Shown: one piece after another, positions 39,221-53,114 of the stretch
Position numbering within the stretch: position 1 is the first letter of the stretch
How the letters are laid out: every line of letters begins with the position of its first letter
Notes under the pieces: generated by a model
The model's database searches: none
The model's input: the letters and a program-made list of their open reading frames with translations, nothing else
What the model was told of the DNA's origin: nothing
Made by a program: the position numbers and the translations under genes
Assembly (NCBI RefSeq): GCF_036321535.1
Contig: NC_087437.1
Coordinates: forward strand, 51,586,001-51,650,000
Direction of reading: 5' to 3'
Source: Camelus dromedarius
Taxonomy: Eukaryota
Length of the DNA: 64,000 bases

Positions 39221-41519
39221 TACTTGAAGCACATCTGGTAAAACATTAAAGCATCAGTCAGTACTGATTGATGGGAACACAATATTATTTTTTATTCTAT
39301 TTTTTAGTTTTAACATTTCTTTGAAAATTCCCTCTCTATTTGATTTCCTTTTTCTGGAACACCTATTTAAAGGGATATTGGAACTTCAGAATTTATTTCC
39401 CACATCTCTTAAACATATTAATTCATATTTTTCTCCTCTTGTGCTGCATTCCAGAAGAATCCCTCAGCTCAGTTTTCCAGCTCAGTAACTCTTATAAACT
39501 GTCATTATTTTATTATCAGCTCATCTACCAAATTTTTTATTTCCATTATTATTTTTTATTTTCAAGGGTTCTCATTGGTTCCTTTTTGGCACAGCCTGAG
39601 TGTTCTTGTTCTTTGGATGCCAGACCCTCACTTATTCCTCTCAGGACCTGGATAATGTTTAGGTCTTGCTGTGAATACACCTTGCCTCTGTAAGTTCTTT
39701 TTTGTGGTCTGCTCTACTTCTTTCACAGTGCTGACCTTACCCAAGAGTTTGGTGATTGTTGACTGTGCTGTGGTCATAATTGAGAGGCCTGCCAAGTTGG
39801 GTTTTAGTGTCTGTGCCACTTGTTTGGGGAAGGAGTGGGCTGGGAGCAAGAGGGGAGAAGGGGAGGGTAGGCAGCTGGGAACAGGGTATGGCCAAGGCTT
39901 GCGATGTGGGTATCTCATTTCTGGTGTGCAGGGGACCCTGCCTTCTCTCTCTGACTCGAGTCCACATCCACTGTGTTGCCTGGAGGCAACTGTGTTGTCC
40001 CGGTTTCCTCTGACTGGCTGGTGTTCGCATGAATGTGGGCAGGGGTTGGTTTATAGAAACCAAATACTTCTCTTGGTGATTTTCCCTTTGAGTTTCCCTG
40101 GTCCCGTCCAGCTCCCAGGCACTCCTTCCCTTGGGCATTGTGCTCTCCCATCCACATTTTGGACTGTGTTTTCTTTTTTCACTCCAATCCAATCAACATT
40201 TCATCTTTAGAAATTCTCCACAGTTTCTAATCCATCAAGGGACCCTTTCATAATTTTGAGTTGCAGATTTTAAAAAAATCTTTTCTTTCATTTGTTAGGA
40301 AGTATCTTATTTATAGTCTGCCATCTGTAGATCTCAAGCATGGAGGGAGATCTTAGGGCTAGCCACATAGTCATTTAAATAAAATAAAACTCTTGGAAGG
40401 GTAAAGATATTCAGAGAGAGCCTGTGTACAGAGAGAGGAAAAGTCAATCAAGAATAGAATTTAGGAAATTACCCATACGTAAGGGGCTGGGATAGAATGA
40501 AAAGCCAGTGGGAAAGAGCAGCGGGAGATGTAGCAGGAGCCTTGGAGAAGGGCAGAGCGAGAGGAAGGGTAAAGACTACTGAGAGATGATCAATCCTGAG
40601 AAAAGGTCCTGAGAGTAACCCTGAGGCTGCTGGTGGCCTTTGAGAGCTGCCTCCCTGGAGGGGTGGGGCCAAAGCTAGCGATGAGCTAAGGGCCGGGTGA
40701 TGAGAAGAAAGCCGAGGCAGCAGTGTCATTCTGGAGGGAATTCAGATAGACCGTGGGGAGACCCCCTCCATTGACTTGAGGCCTCCTGACACTTACAGGG
40801 AAGGAATTTTTCCTTTTTATAGGAAGCAGATGGGATGAACAAACTTGATTATTATTTTTATTTGTAATGTATACAGCCAGAGGTCTATTAGAAATACTTG
40901 TAATTCCCTGTTCTAAATCCATCTCTGATTAGACGCCATCTTTGTTTGCTTTTTAGCTTTCTTTTCATAAAGATTTTTCCATTTTGTCATTGAATGTTGC
41001 AAGAAACGTGCCATTAAGTGTCACATTTTTTACCCTGGGGGCAAGGTAACATAAGGTGTGGTAACAGTTTCTGCCCTTGGAACAGGTATCTGGCTGCTGC
41101 TCTAAGCTTGGCCATGCTCTTCAGAAAAGACTCCTCTCTGTTTACTCTGCCACCAGGACAGCCACCCCAGCTCTGAGATCCATAGCTGCCTAGACTAGCA
41201 AAGAACTCAGACCTTTGGCATAGGGCCAGATCAGTGGGGTCAATATCTGGGAATGACTTGGCACCAGGAGAGGAAATGCAGGGTGTGTTAACCCTGTGAA
41301 TGGACTCTGATTAACTGAGTCCCGATCTTTCATCTCACTGCTGTGAAAGAAGGACATTACTCCCCAGCCCAGAGAGGAGAATCCTGCCTAATTTAGGCAA
41401 ATTATGAAGTTGAAGAAGAGACAGGGCAGAAAAAAGGGGAATTTAAAACGAGGCCCTAAACACACAAGGTTCCAAGAAGAAAAGGGGAAGAAGTGCAGTG
41501 AACATTTGGGGCTCTTTCT

Positions 41520-42460
41520 TCTAAGAGGCTTTGTTGAGGTATAATTCATATTCAATATACTTTGTATTTAAAATGTACTACTTGATAAGCTTAGACATGT
41601 GTATACACTTGCAATACCATCATCTCTATCAAGATAATAAATGTATCCATTACTCGCCAACATTTCCTTGTGTTCCCTGTAATTCTTCCTCCCCTCCCCT
41701 CGCTACCTAGACAATCATAGATGTGCTTTCTGTCACTATAGAGAACTTCTGAATTTTCTAAAATTTTATATACATGAAATAATATATGTATTTTCTTTTT
41801 CTAGCTGACTTATTTCACTCAACATTATTGTTTTGAGATTCATTCATGCTATTGTATGTGTGTCCATAGTTCATTTTTTTTCATTGCAGAATAGTAGCCT
41901 GTCATATGAATATACCACAATGTGTTTATCCTTTCATCTGTTGATAGACATTTAGGTTATTTCCAGTTTTTAGCCATCACAAATAAAGCTGATATGAATA
42001 TTTGTGTATAAGTCTTTGTATGGTAGCATGCTTTCATTTCTCTTGGGTAGATACCTGGAGTTGAATGGCTGGATCATGTAGTAGGTGTATGTTTAACTTT
42101 TTAAAGAGCTGCCAAGCTGTTTTCCAAAGTACTTGCTTCATTTTATGTCCCCACCAGCAACACAGAATGTTCCAGTTGCTCCATATCTTCAGCAACACTT
42201 AATATAGTTGACCTCTTTAATTTTAGATATTCTAATAGGTGTATGGAGGTGTCTTCCTGTGTTTTTTTAAAATTGAAGTAGAGTTGATTTACAATATAAT
42301 AAGTTTCAGGTGTACACATAGTGACTGACAATTTGTAAAAGATCATATTCCATTTATAGTTATTATAAAATATTGGCTATACTCCCCATGCTGTATAATA
42401 TATCCTTGTAGCTTATTTATTTTATATATAGATCCTTGTGATTTTAACTTGCATTTTAGG
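41520..42460 (-). mobile_element. L1MB-like fragment with nested younger L1 3' end (~42262-42430)
   Basis: 'ctttgttgaggtataattcata...' L1 3' end in reverse; nested 'aattgaagtagagttgatttacaat'. Confidence 0.75.
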
Positions 42461-45400
42461 TGGAGTTCTTTTAATTTAGGGTTTCATAAAAATACCAAGA
42501 AAGATGAGTTGAGAATTATTCTACCCATACAACTGCCCTAAGAATAAACAGTTACAAATAATTATGTATACTGTTATATATACTCTTATGCACATTATAC
42601 AGCACAGATAATAAATGAGTTTTGATATTACTTTCAATCTTTCCTCTTTAAGCATTTAATCACATTACATCTACATTATGCCAAAGAGAAATAAATCTAG
42701 CTGGTCATGTGTTCAGTTCTAGCTTCTGTCACTTTCCTGCTACAGTGTCCTCTGTTTTGCCTCTTCTATGCTCTGAGAATATCTCCAGCCTCCAGCAGAG
42801 TCAGAATGAACCCTCTGCCATATCCAGGTACTTAAAATTCCAAACAGAATTTGAGTATTTGCTCAACATGTAGAATTAAGGACAACTATCATGAAATAAT
42901 TTTCTTTTTGGCCAGGTAATGATTTATAATCTCTTTTGGGTCATGGGTTCTTTTGAGAATCAGACAAAAAGTCAGGAGAGGGGAAGCATAGATGTACATA
43001 CAAGAGAGGGTTGCATGGCTCCACCCTGGCTAACGCTGTGGGACGGAGGTGTGCAATGCTGGAATACAGAGAGGTTTTTTTTCCTTTCCATTGTTCTATC
43101 TCTAAGACATGAATGGCAGGGGCTGCCACATGTTGTCAGGAGATGATGGAAAAGAGATTAGGGGCCTGTGGATCAAAGCCCTTCAGAAGTCCTCCCTGGC
43201 CTAGATTTTTGTTATAGGAGCTGCTAAATCCTGATTATGGTTTGAGGCAGTGTGGCTTTAGCTTTGTGATCAGCAGCTGACATCTCCCTAGAGTACTAGG
43301 GGTGTCATGGAGCAGAGTGAGCTTCCTTCCTCTGAGAGAGCCAGGGGAAGGGATGGGGAGGTTTGGGAAGGCAAGGAGGGAGTTGATGGGGAAGGGCCTC
43401 AGGTCCCAGCAGTGGCCCCAGGAGTGAAGGGTGTGGTGAGGGTGGAGCCTTGAGGTGGGGGGAAGGTTGGAACCTCGGGTGGTATAAAAGCTGGTTCTTA
43501 GGCCTACACACCACAGTGAAGCCTCTCTATCCTGAGGAGCAGGCTCTTGGAACCAGCAGCCACCGGACCTTCTGGGGAACAGCAGCAGCAGGAGACTGCC
43601 CACAGACGCCCCTCCCCAGGCAGCCATGTCCCAGAGCACGGAGATACTCCACCTTCTTCTCCTTTTCCGGTTTGGCAGGATGACCCTGCGGCAGCTCTTG
43701 CAGGCGTGGCTCTCTTTTGCAGTACAGGAGTGAATCCTCTAAGTAGGTCATTGTTAAAGGGGTGGCGGAGGACGAACCCTCCTCTCCCGTCCAGCCCTCT
43801 GACTCTCCCAGCGGATGTGCACTGCTCTCCTGCCTTAAGCTTTGCTCTGGAGTTGGAGAAGTCCCACCATCCTGGCCACATCCAGTCTGCCCTATTCTTG
43901 CCCATGATTATCTCTCTAAAACACCTCGGAATGCCATTTCCTGGCCTCCAAATCTTTGGTGTCTCTCCATAACCTGACCCTCTCTCCGGGCTGTGGACCC
44001 ATTTTTCCAGTCTCAGTCATTCCACACGTACCTATGGAGCCTCTGTTGAGAGACAGGCACTGTGCTGGGTGTTGAAGATGTAAAGATGGGCTGAGAGCTC
44101 GTAGCCTGGCAGTGGGGTCCTTGGAGAACATGATACAATAGTTCTAGCATCGAGTATACCTGGAGCCACACGGCCCTAAGAAGGAAGAGTGAACTGGATA
44201 CAAAATGACCCAAAAAATGTTTTCAAGGGAAGAAGTGGGGGAGGGTATCCTAAGCAGGGGGACCAGCACATGCAAAGGCCCAGAAACAAGTCCGTGATAT
44301 AGTTGGATGAAGGCAGGTGGTTTTGTCATCTAGACTCTAGGGAAGGAGGGAGTGACCTGGAGGGGAAGGGGAGGCCATGAATGTACTCTGTGCTGAGGCA
44401 GCGGACAGGTGGAATGGTTGTAAGCTGATCACACTGACATTCTGCAGAGCTGGCTCTGGGGCCTCTGTGGGGCTTGTGCTGGAGGGAACACTGGGCCCAG
44501 GAGGTCCATTTAGGAGACTTGTACTGTCCAGACAGGTGGTGACAAGGACGTAGACACAGTCAGCACTGGGGGAGCTAGAGAGAAGTTTCCCACTCCAGAA
44601 GGTGAGGGCTGGTGAAAGGCAAGGCTGTGGCTAGCATTTCTATACAGAATACCTGGTCAGGTGGTGGGGGTCAGAAAATGTGAGATAGGGAACAGAATGG
44701 GGGAGCTTGTGGGACCATCATCTTCTGTCCTACACCCAGGTCCCACAGTCCCACCCAACCTGTTTCCATCCCTGCAGATGGGTCTTCTGTCTCTAAACAC
44801 ACCTTGTCTTGTCAAATATTTGCTAACGGTGTTCTTTCTGCCCACATGCCCTCACCACCCAGCCTTTACCACCTGGTAAATAATAATCATGGTTCACACT
44901 ATAAAAGTAGCTAGAACAATTTTTTGAGCCCTTACCTTGGGTCCAGGGTGCTGAGGTCTTGACACTTAATCTGTAAATGCTCACAGCAAGCCTCTGAGAT
45001 GGGCGTTATTGCTGCCATTGTAAGATGAAGAAACTAAAGCCTCGAGGTGGTAGGTTGCCGATGGTCACCCAGAGCCAAGATTCCATGTGCTCTTAAAAAC
45101 TCTGCCAGAAGGACTCCAAGGCTCTGCTCCCATAACACCTTTTATGTGGAACCGTCCCTGTTGCTTGCACCCAGCCTCTTTTCCCTGCTGCCTCTTTGGG
45201 GCATCATCTTTGTCAATGACCCTGGGCTCTGACCTTAGGCAACTTTGGAATTGGGGAATACTGGGACTCAGAAAGACAAATAATTTGTTAACTGACACAC
45301 AGCTAGAAAGTAGCAAGATTTTGTAGGAGAATGAGCAAAGACTGCTCAAAGTACTAGACCATTTGGACTGTGGTGAAATAGACAGGACATGAGCACAGAT

Positions 45401-48400
45401 CCTGAGAGGGTCCCAACACATTGGACCAGCCACATCCACCCTTCACGGATAACCAAACCCTTCTCAGGGTTTAGTAGACATGCTCAAAGACTTTCGAAAA
45501 GCAACATCTTGCTTATTGAATCTTCTAATGGTTTTATTTGGCCGGGTTGGAGGTGGCTGTGAGCACTCATAGGCCCAGAGTGATATGCTACTGAGGCAAA
45601 GAAGCAAGAAGGAGAAGAGCCAGACCCAGAGGGAAACAGTTGGGGGTGAAGACAATGCTGGAGAGGGAGGGAACCACAGACCAGACAACATCTGCATTTC
45701 TTCCTTTGAGAAGATGGTCAGGACCTTTGGGGCTTCCTAAGACAATGGTATTTCTCTTATGAGATCTTTAGGGAGAAGTCTGGGGCTTCTCTGGGATAGT
45801 CTCTGGAATAGAGGGGCTGTTAGCCCTGGCTCTGGGGGCAGATATTGCTGCTGCTGCTGTCTGTCTCTGGCTCTTGACTGCTCCCCCTGGGGGTTTGTAT
45901 CCATCCTCACCTCTACCTCTGAAACAAACACTCCCTCTGCTCTGCTGGCAACTCAGCTCCCATTGAATCTGACATGAGGTGGCTCATCTGCCTGAGACTT
46001 GGCTTCTGGGCATCTGAGACATATTACCTGGGTCCAGCTCTCTCAGTTTCATGTTGGATGAGGGCCTAGGCTCACACAGACAGGGTGGTACCCGGCAGCC
46101 CACAAGGGAGCAGGGCACCTGGGTTTTTATGAAGGCCTTTTCCCGCACAGAAGGGAAACAGTGAATTCTGGTACTTTCTCAAAACCCTGCCCATCGTGGG
46201 GTAAAGTTTACAGAAAGAGAATTAAGAGAAGAAAAGCAGGATTTAATAGTGTAAATACTATGTGAGTTTAGCAACTGACACAGAAGGAGGGAAATGGACC
46301 AACATACCCAGGAGGATTATCCTGGGTGGTGATGCTGTGGGACATTTGTCTCCACTTTTCCATCCGTTCCAGGTTTATACAATGAACAAATATTACTTTC
46401 TTTAAAACAAGTTTATTAAAAAATGTTCATCTGAAAACTTGAAACCAATGATAAAAATGTTAACATAGATTTAAAAGATTGGAAGGAAAAAAATACCAGA
46501 AGTTCACTTTCTTTTTTTTTCTTTTTAAAAATAAACTATTTATATATATACATTTTTTTTTGAATTGAAGTATAGTCAGTTTACCATGTTGTGTCTTTTC
46601 GAGTAGAATGTCACTTGACCCTCCAAATATGAAGTCCACACCCCCTCTAGACAGTCTCTAATTGAACCACTTACCATGCAGCTCCCAGGGCCTATTTTCG
46701 ATGCTCAGGAACACTGCTCCTTCAGGTGATGTTCGGTGATGTCCTCAAACTGCAGCTCAACCTGGCTGCCATCATGGAAAACCTCTCTCCACGCCTTGAA
46801 GCCTTCCAGCCTCAGATCACAGCATTTATGACCACAGACTCCACTGTGGCACTGTAGTGGCCTCACTAGTGGGGTTTCAATTTGAGATCTTCTCTGCGTG
46901 TCTCTGGTGGCCATTTCCTCGCTTCTCTTCCCCGCCCCCAGACTTCCAAATGTTGTGCTGACCCATCACACACAGCAGGCTTATGTCACCCGAAGCAGCG
47001 GACTCTCAGTTGTACTAAGAGATACATATGTCTATAGAGCTTGCTTTAGCCATATTGCAGTTCGTCTACATAACGTGTCAGCTGCCATCATGGTTGATTT
47101 GCATGCCTCTCCTCATTCTGAGAGAAGCCCGAGGGCTCTGAAAACGACTGTGGATGCCAGGGGGCTGACATTCTCAGGTTCCCTTTTAGCTCCGAGTCCC
47201 TGTGTCTTGGGTGCTGCTGAGATCACCTGCACCCCACATTTCATGATTCTTTCCCCTCTGCTACTACCAACCCAGAGAGGGCCCCTTTCTTTGTTTCTCC
47301 CCAGTATCAATCACACAAAACACTTACTTGAGAAGTAGACTTTATTGAAAAGGCTGGATCTAAAAAAAATTGTTCATAACTCACCTCGGAAATTGCTGTA
47401 CAATCACTGCTTCAGCTGATCCCTGTTTGGCTAACATCTGTTGAAGAATATAAATCTAGATTTTCAACATCCTCTGCCATTAATTCTGAAAAGGCTAGAT
47501 GTTTTTACATGACAGCAGGACAAATCACTTTATCATTAGGTGTTAGATATCCCCACCCAGCACCAGTTTTAAGAAGGAAAACAGTCTCAGTAACCTAACT
47601 TTACCTCGTGTTCCCACCATACTCCACGTTACTTTATCTGCCTTACTGCTGGAACTCCTCACAGATTCTCTCTCTCCTCTGCTAAGTGCCTTGGTCCCCC
47701 TTTCCTTCCCCAGAATCTGCTGCCAGTTATGCCAGCCCTGCCCCCTTTCCTCTTGGGTCAGAAGTGGATGGAGTCAGTTTTGTTTTTAAACAAGTTCTCC
47801 AACCACCTATAATTAACATAGAAAACAAAAACAAAAAGGACAGAAAAATGAAGGCATCTGAAATCCTCACAATATACAAGAGTGGCTGAGAGCCACTACT
47901 GCAGACTCCCTCCCTCTTCCTCCCTCTCACATTCAGCACTCAGTCTCAGGCACAAATGCACACAGCCTTTTCCACCCAAGAGACCCCACTCTGTGCCTAC
48001 TCCCATCCACAGCTTTAAACAGATCTTGGGTGTGTAGACTGGATTAATTGTGACCTTGGATCATGACAAACTCTCATCATTGGTCCATGATTGGTCTTTT
48101 ATTTACCTACTGATATACCCACGAACCTGCCATTAGTTTTAAGAACTAAAGCATTATCAATAACCTACATCTACCTCTGTGTTCCCACCATATTTTATTC
48201 GTCTGCTTCCTTCATTCCCCCACCCCTGAGGGGTTCATCTTCTTGAATTTTGTGTTTATTATTACCATACTTTTAAAAGTAGCTGTATCTTAAATATTGA
48301 GAAAGGTCAAGGATAGACAATCTACTTTTTAAGAAGAAAAATAAGGAAGGGAGATTTCCTACCAGTTATCAGTGTGTAAGGGGGCTGGAAAGACTGGGTT

Positions 48401-48739
48401 ATCTACCAGTTCATGCTCATCTCCTCCATTTCCTCTTCCTGTACCTCCTCCTGGGTTCCAGAAGCAGCCAGAGAAGGCCTGGAATCCCCTCAGTGAGGCC
48501 TGGAAACCATACCCACAGAGTAAGCTAGACAGACAGGAAGGCTGATAGATTGACAGCATAAGAAACCACCCCAGCAGCTGGCAGTTTTATCTGGGGACAA
48601 GGAACACAGCTCCTGAGATAGGAAGACACTCTGTGGATCCCAGGACACTACAGTGTCACTCGCCTAGTGGGCATCCTCACAAAACTCATTACAGGGACAA
48701 GACAAAGCACTGCTGGGGACAGAAGGACAGTCTCTTGTT

Positions 48740-48806
48740 TATTTATTTATTTAATTGAAGTATAGCTGATTTACAATGCTGTGTTAGTTTCAGGCATACA
48801 GCAAAA

Positions 48807-48837
<31 letters not shown>

Positions 48838-49430
48838 AATATATATATACACACACACACACATATTCTCCTTCAGATTCTTTTCCATTATAGGTTATTA
48901 TAAGATATTGAATATGGTTCCTTATGCTATACAGTTGTTGTTTATCTATTTTATATGTAGTAATGTGTATATGTTAATCCCAAACTCCTGATTTATCCTT
49001 CTCCACTCCCCTTTCCCTTTTGGTAATCATAGTTTGTTTTCTGTGTCTGAGTCTATTTCTGGTTTGTAGATAAGTTTATTTGTATCTTTTTTTTCAGGTT
49101 CCACACATAAATAATATCATATGATATTTGTCTTTCTCTGTCTGACTTACTTCACTTAGTATGATAATCTCTACGTCCATCCATGTTGTTGTAAGTGGCA
49201 TTATTTCATTCCTTTTTATGGCTAAATAACATTCCACTGTATATTTCTACCACGTCTTCTTTATTCATTCATCTATTGATGGACATTTAAGTTGCTTGCT
49301 TGTCTTGACTATCATAAGTGCTGCTATGAACACTGGGGTGCATGTAATTTTTGAATTAGAGTTTTCTCCAGATATATGCCCAAGAGTGGGATTGCTTAAT
49401 CATATGGTAACTCTATTTTTAGTTTTTAAA
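48740..49430 (-). mobile_element. L1 3' fragment (L1MA9-like/artiodactyl) with (TA)n(CA)n tract
   Basis: 'ttaattgaagtatagctgatttacaat...tgacttacttcacttagtatgataatctc'. Confidence 0.8.
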
Positions 49431-49802
49431 GAACCTAAATATGAAAACCTATCATTACATGCAATACTGAAAGGAACACAAGTTTCCAGTGTGCTCAGTT
49501 ACCTTTTTGCCACCCTTCTCAATTACCTCTTAATTGTTCACGGTTTGCACCAAACTGGAGTGGGCCCACTGTATAGCACAAGGAACTATATTCAAAGAAT
49601 CCTTCATCTCATACAGTTGATGAAGAAAAAAGAGCTGGCAATGAAACCTAGGATTTAATAGACAAAGTGGCCGAGTGACATATCTCCAAAGACGGCTGAA
49701 TGCTCACCTAGGGCAGATCTGTGGGACCCGGGCACATGGGATGGGGACCTCTGGGTGGATACCTTAGAAGATACTGAATCTCTGATTTCTGCCTCTGAGT
49801 GG

Positions 49803-50396
49803 TGTGGAAGGTGATGTCACCAGTGAGTCCCGTGATCAGGGCTTTGCTTCCTTTGCTGTAACAGAATTCCCTGGTTGGATGCTGTATTGTCTATATTTTC
49901 TTGCTTCCTGTATTCTTGATCCTCTGGCATTTGGGGCCTTGACGTTGGGGAGATGGTCCCTCCTGGGTCTCGCTAATTGCTGGAGATAGCTAACAACCAA
50001 CAAGTGCACCTTTGATATGCGAACCAACCAATCCAGAGCCTGCCTCCCCAACTATCTCCTTTATCAAACTTGCCCAGGTACCAATGAATAGGGACCAGCC
50101 GTATAGCCCAGAGCCTGATGAAATCAATCCAGTCCTACACTTACTCTGAGTACCTACCCTGCCTTGCCCAGCCCTTCTCACAAGAACCCCAATGAGGGCT
50201 CAAGCCAAGCTCTCCCCTCTTCTGCCTCCTGACCATCACTGATCCTTCCCTATGTGGTCCTGTATGTGGCATGGCATGGAAGCCTTCTTCTTTCTAGAAA
50301 TCTGTATCAATTTTTTTTCCATCACGACAATCATTTTCACGTCTGCATGTCTCACCATACCCGATTAAAACAAATCCTGGGTACATTTTTAGAACA
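49803..50396 (+). mobile_element. LTR-like element (ERV1/MER-type solo LTR)
   Basis: TG...ACA ends, CCAATC box, typical 'ctcgctaattgctggagatagctaacaac' segment; subfamily not determined. Confidence 0.55.
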
Positions 50397-51149
50397 GATG
50401 CATGTTGTATGGGATTCCACATCTGTGAATCAGGCATTCCTTAACCACCAGTGCTGGCTGAGATCTTATGAGCAAGAAAGGCAAACCTAAATGTAGAATA
50501 GATGTCTATTCCTGACCTTTGAGGATAGAAGGGACCCAATGTAGTCAACCTGCTACCAGAGACCTTAGGTCACTGTTGCTGGTAGGTTGGACCTCAGAGT
50601 CAGCAGCAGCCAGGCTGTCCTTGTTAAGTATGAATCCACTCTGTTGGGCCCTTGCCCAGCCCCTGTCTCTGCCCTCATTGCCACTCTGCTCATGTGCCCA
50701 TTGTGCTGGCAGAGGGGTGGCCATCCTCAAAGGCTGGCTGAGTCGTTTTGTTTCCTTAGTGCCTCTTTCATGGGGGATGCTTTCTTGGGCCACTCCTGGT
50801 ACCAAGCGTTACAGGTTGGGCTCTCCAGGAAGCGGTTGCTGAGACAGAGTTAGGAGTGCAGAGTTAGGTGCAGAGGTTTTATTGGAGGGGAACAACTGTG
50901 AAAGGAAAGAGAGAGAGCAGGATTGAGCAGGGGCAGCCATCAAGTTTGGAAATGCAAATATGATAAACTACTGCCCAATGGGGCAGCTCCAGAGCAACGA
51001 TTGTTACAATGCTAGGTCCTGTGCCACCATCTTACTCAGTTACGGGCGGGGGCCCATTCTGAGGAAATGAACAGCTGGAGGCTGTCAGCTAACCACACTC
51101 ATCACAGGTGGTCAGCACTTCTTTTCTGGTTTGTTTTCTTTTCTTTTTT

Positions 51150-51311
51150 TTTAAAGCAATACTTTTTTGTTTGTTGTTTTGTGGGGGGAGGTAATCAGGT
51201 TTACTTATTAGGTAATTAGGTTTATTTCTTTTTAAATGGAGGTCCTGGGGATTGAACCCAGGACCGTATGCGTGCTAAGCATGTGCTCTATCACTGAGTT
51301 CTACCCTCCCT
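51150..51311 (-). mobile_element. tRNA-derived SINE (Vic-1-like)
   Basis: reverse complement of the same head/tail as 10919. Confidence 0.8.
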
Positions 51312-53078
51312 CCATGGCATGTCTTTTCTTGAAGGAGGGTCTGGATGGTGCACCTTCCTTGTTACCAGGGCCTCAGACTCCTCAAGAACCAGGGCTTGGG
51401 TCATACCACAGGTAAACCACTGAGACCACAGGAGTGGTAGCTGAGGGTAAGGGGAATTTAGAATGAATGGCAGAGGAGGGAGGCAACAGGTACCACCTGT
51501 GGTCCCAAGACCAACTTCAGCAAATGGGGGTCTCTATTTCATTCCCTTAACTTCCCTCTTGTAGGTTTTCCTGAAGGAAGAGAGGCCCCCAGAGTCTGTG
51601 TGTGGAAAAGTGGTCCACACAGCACAAGGCACGCATGGTGGCAGACACAGGGCTGCACCTCCTGCTTCTCCTTCAAGAAGCTTTGCGGACTGAGATGAGC
51701 TGACAGCCTCAGTGTCTGGGTCCACGTTCAAGATCAATTCCATTTTTGAGCTGAGCCCAGCCAATGTGAGCATGATGATAGTATAGGGCCTGGCTGTTTC
51801 TGCCCAACAAGGGACTCTGAACAGGAAATCTTGGACATCTTTGTTCCAGAAACGGTCAAGTCTGCATTGTGACAGCTGTCCATCTCCAGTCCGTTTTCCT
51901 CCCCTTTCTTTCATGATGTTACTCACTGATGAACCTTGTGCACTCTCAGTTCTGTCAGCCTCTGCTCCTCAGAGAACTCTACTGACACAGTCTGCATGGT
52001 GTACCCTCCCCACGCCCCACGGTCTCTGAGGGCACCTGTGATTGTGTTCTGACCAACTAACTAGATGAGTGCCTGGCTTGGTTGTCAGGATTGTGCTTTG
52101 TGCCTGTGGCAGGGGCTCTGGGATTCTGCATATGTCCTCTAAGATTATGTGGCCTGGGGACCACTGGGAGTGGAAATAGTTAAATAGGAACAGCCAGAGG
52201 GTAGCTCTCATGGAGAGCAAACTTTGTGAGACTGTGCTTCTCAGAGACAGCTTTAGGCTAGTGGAGGTTGGCCACCAGGTGGGGCCTCTGCTGTGTGGAC
52301 TCCATCTGGGCCTGGATCCCTCCCCACTAGACTTTCCCCTGCATCCCTGAGAGCCAGGTGAGGAAAGAGATATTCTGGATTAGGTGCCAAGTACTGGGCT
52401 AGAAAGAGTCCAGGAGAGCCCCAGCACCTCCAAAACTGGAGCTGCGTTCCAGAGAGCAGCTGATGCCATGGAGAGGCTGGCAGCCAGGAACAGCGTCTCA
52501 TGGACTGCTGGGGGCAAAGGGAACGTCTGTGGTCTGGCTGATGAGAATCAGGGTTTGGGCTGCAGTTGCAGAAACTTACTGCACACACACTTGGCCATTA
52601 AGACTAAAAGCGCTGGGGCAGGGAGGGCTTATTCCATTAGAGGTCTTCTAAGTAAAAGTTTTTTATTGAGGTATAATTGACGTAGACAAATACATTAGTT
52701 TCAGGTGTACAACATAATAATTCAATATTTGTATATTTTGCAAAATGGTCACTGCCATAAGTCTAGTTAACGTCCATCGCCACACAGAGTTACAAAAATT
52801 GTTTTCTCGTGATGAGAATTTTTAAGATCTCTCTTGACAACTTTCAAACATGCAATACAGTGTTATTAACTATAGTTACTATTCTGTGCATTACACCTGT
52901 GACTTATTTACTTTGTATCAGAGGTCTTTTTGGTCACAGAGAGGGGCTGTGACCTGTGCCTTTTCTACAGGCAGACTCCAAAAAGGGGGTCCAGTGTCTG
53001 TGAGGTGGGGACGGAGGGTGTGTGTGGAAAGCCTGAAAAGCCTTAGCACTGGTGTTGGCCATTTGCTTGGCGGAAGAG

Positions 53079-53114
53079 CGCTGCAGCTCCCACTTTTTGC
53101 CACTAGGGGGAGCC
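53079..53114 (+). promoter_or_regulatory. Candidate CTCF site with upstream module
   Basis: GCTGCAGCTCCC followed by core CCACTAGGGGGAG at 53100-53112. Confidence 0.7.

Noticed and set aside
39340..40210. 117-aa and 179-aa plus-strand ORFs
   Set aside because: T-rich, degraded antisense L1-like sequence; no coding signature
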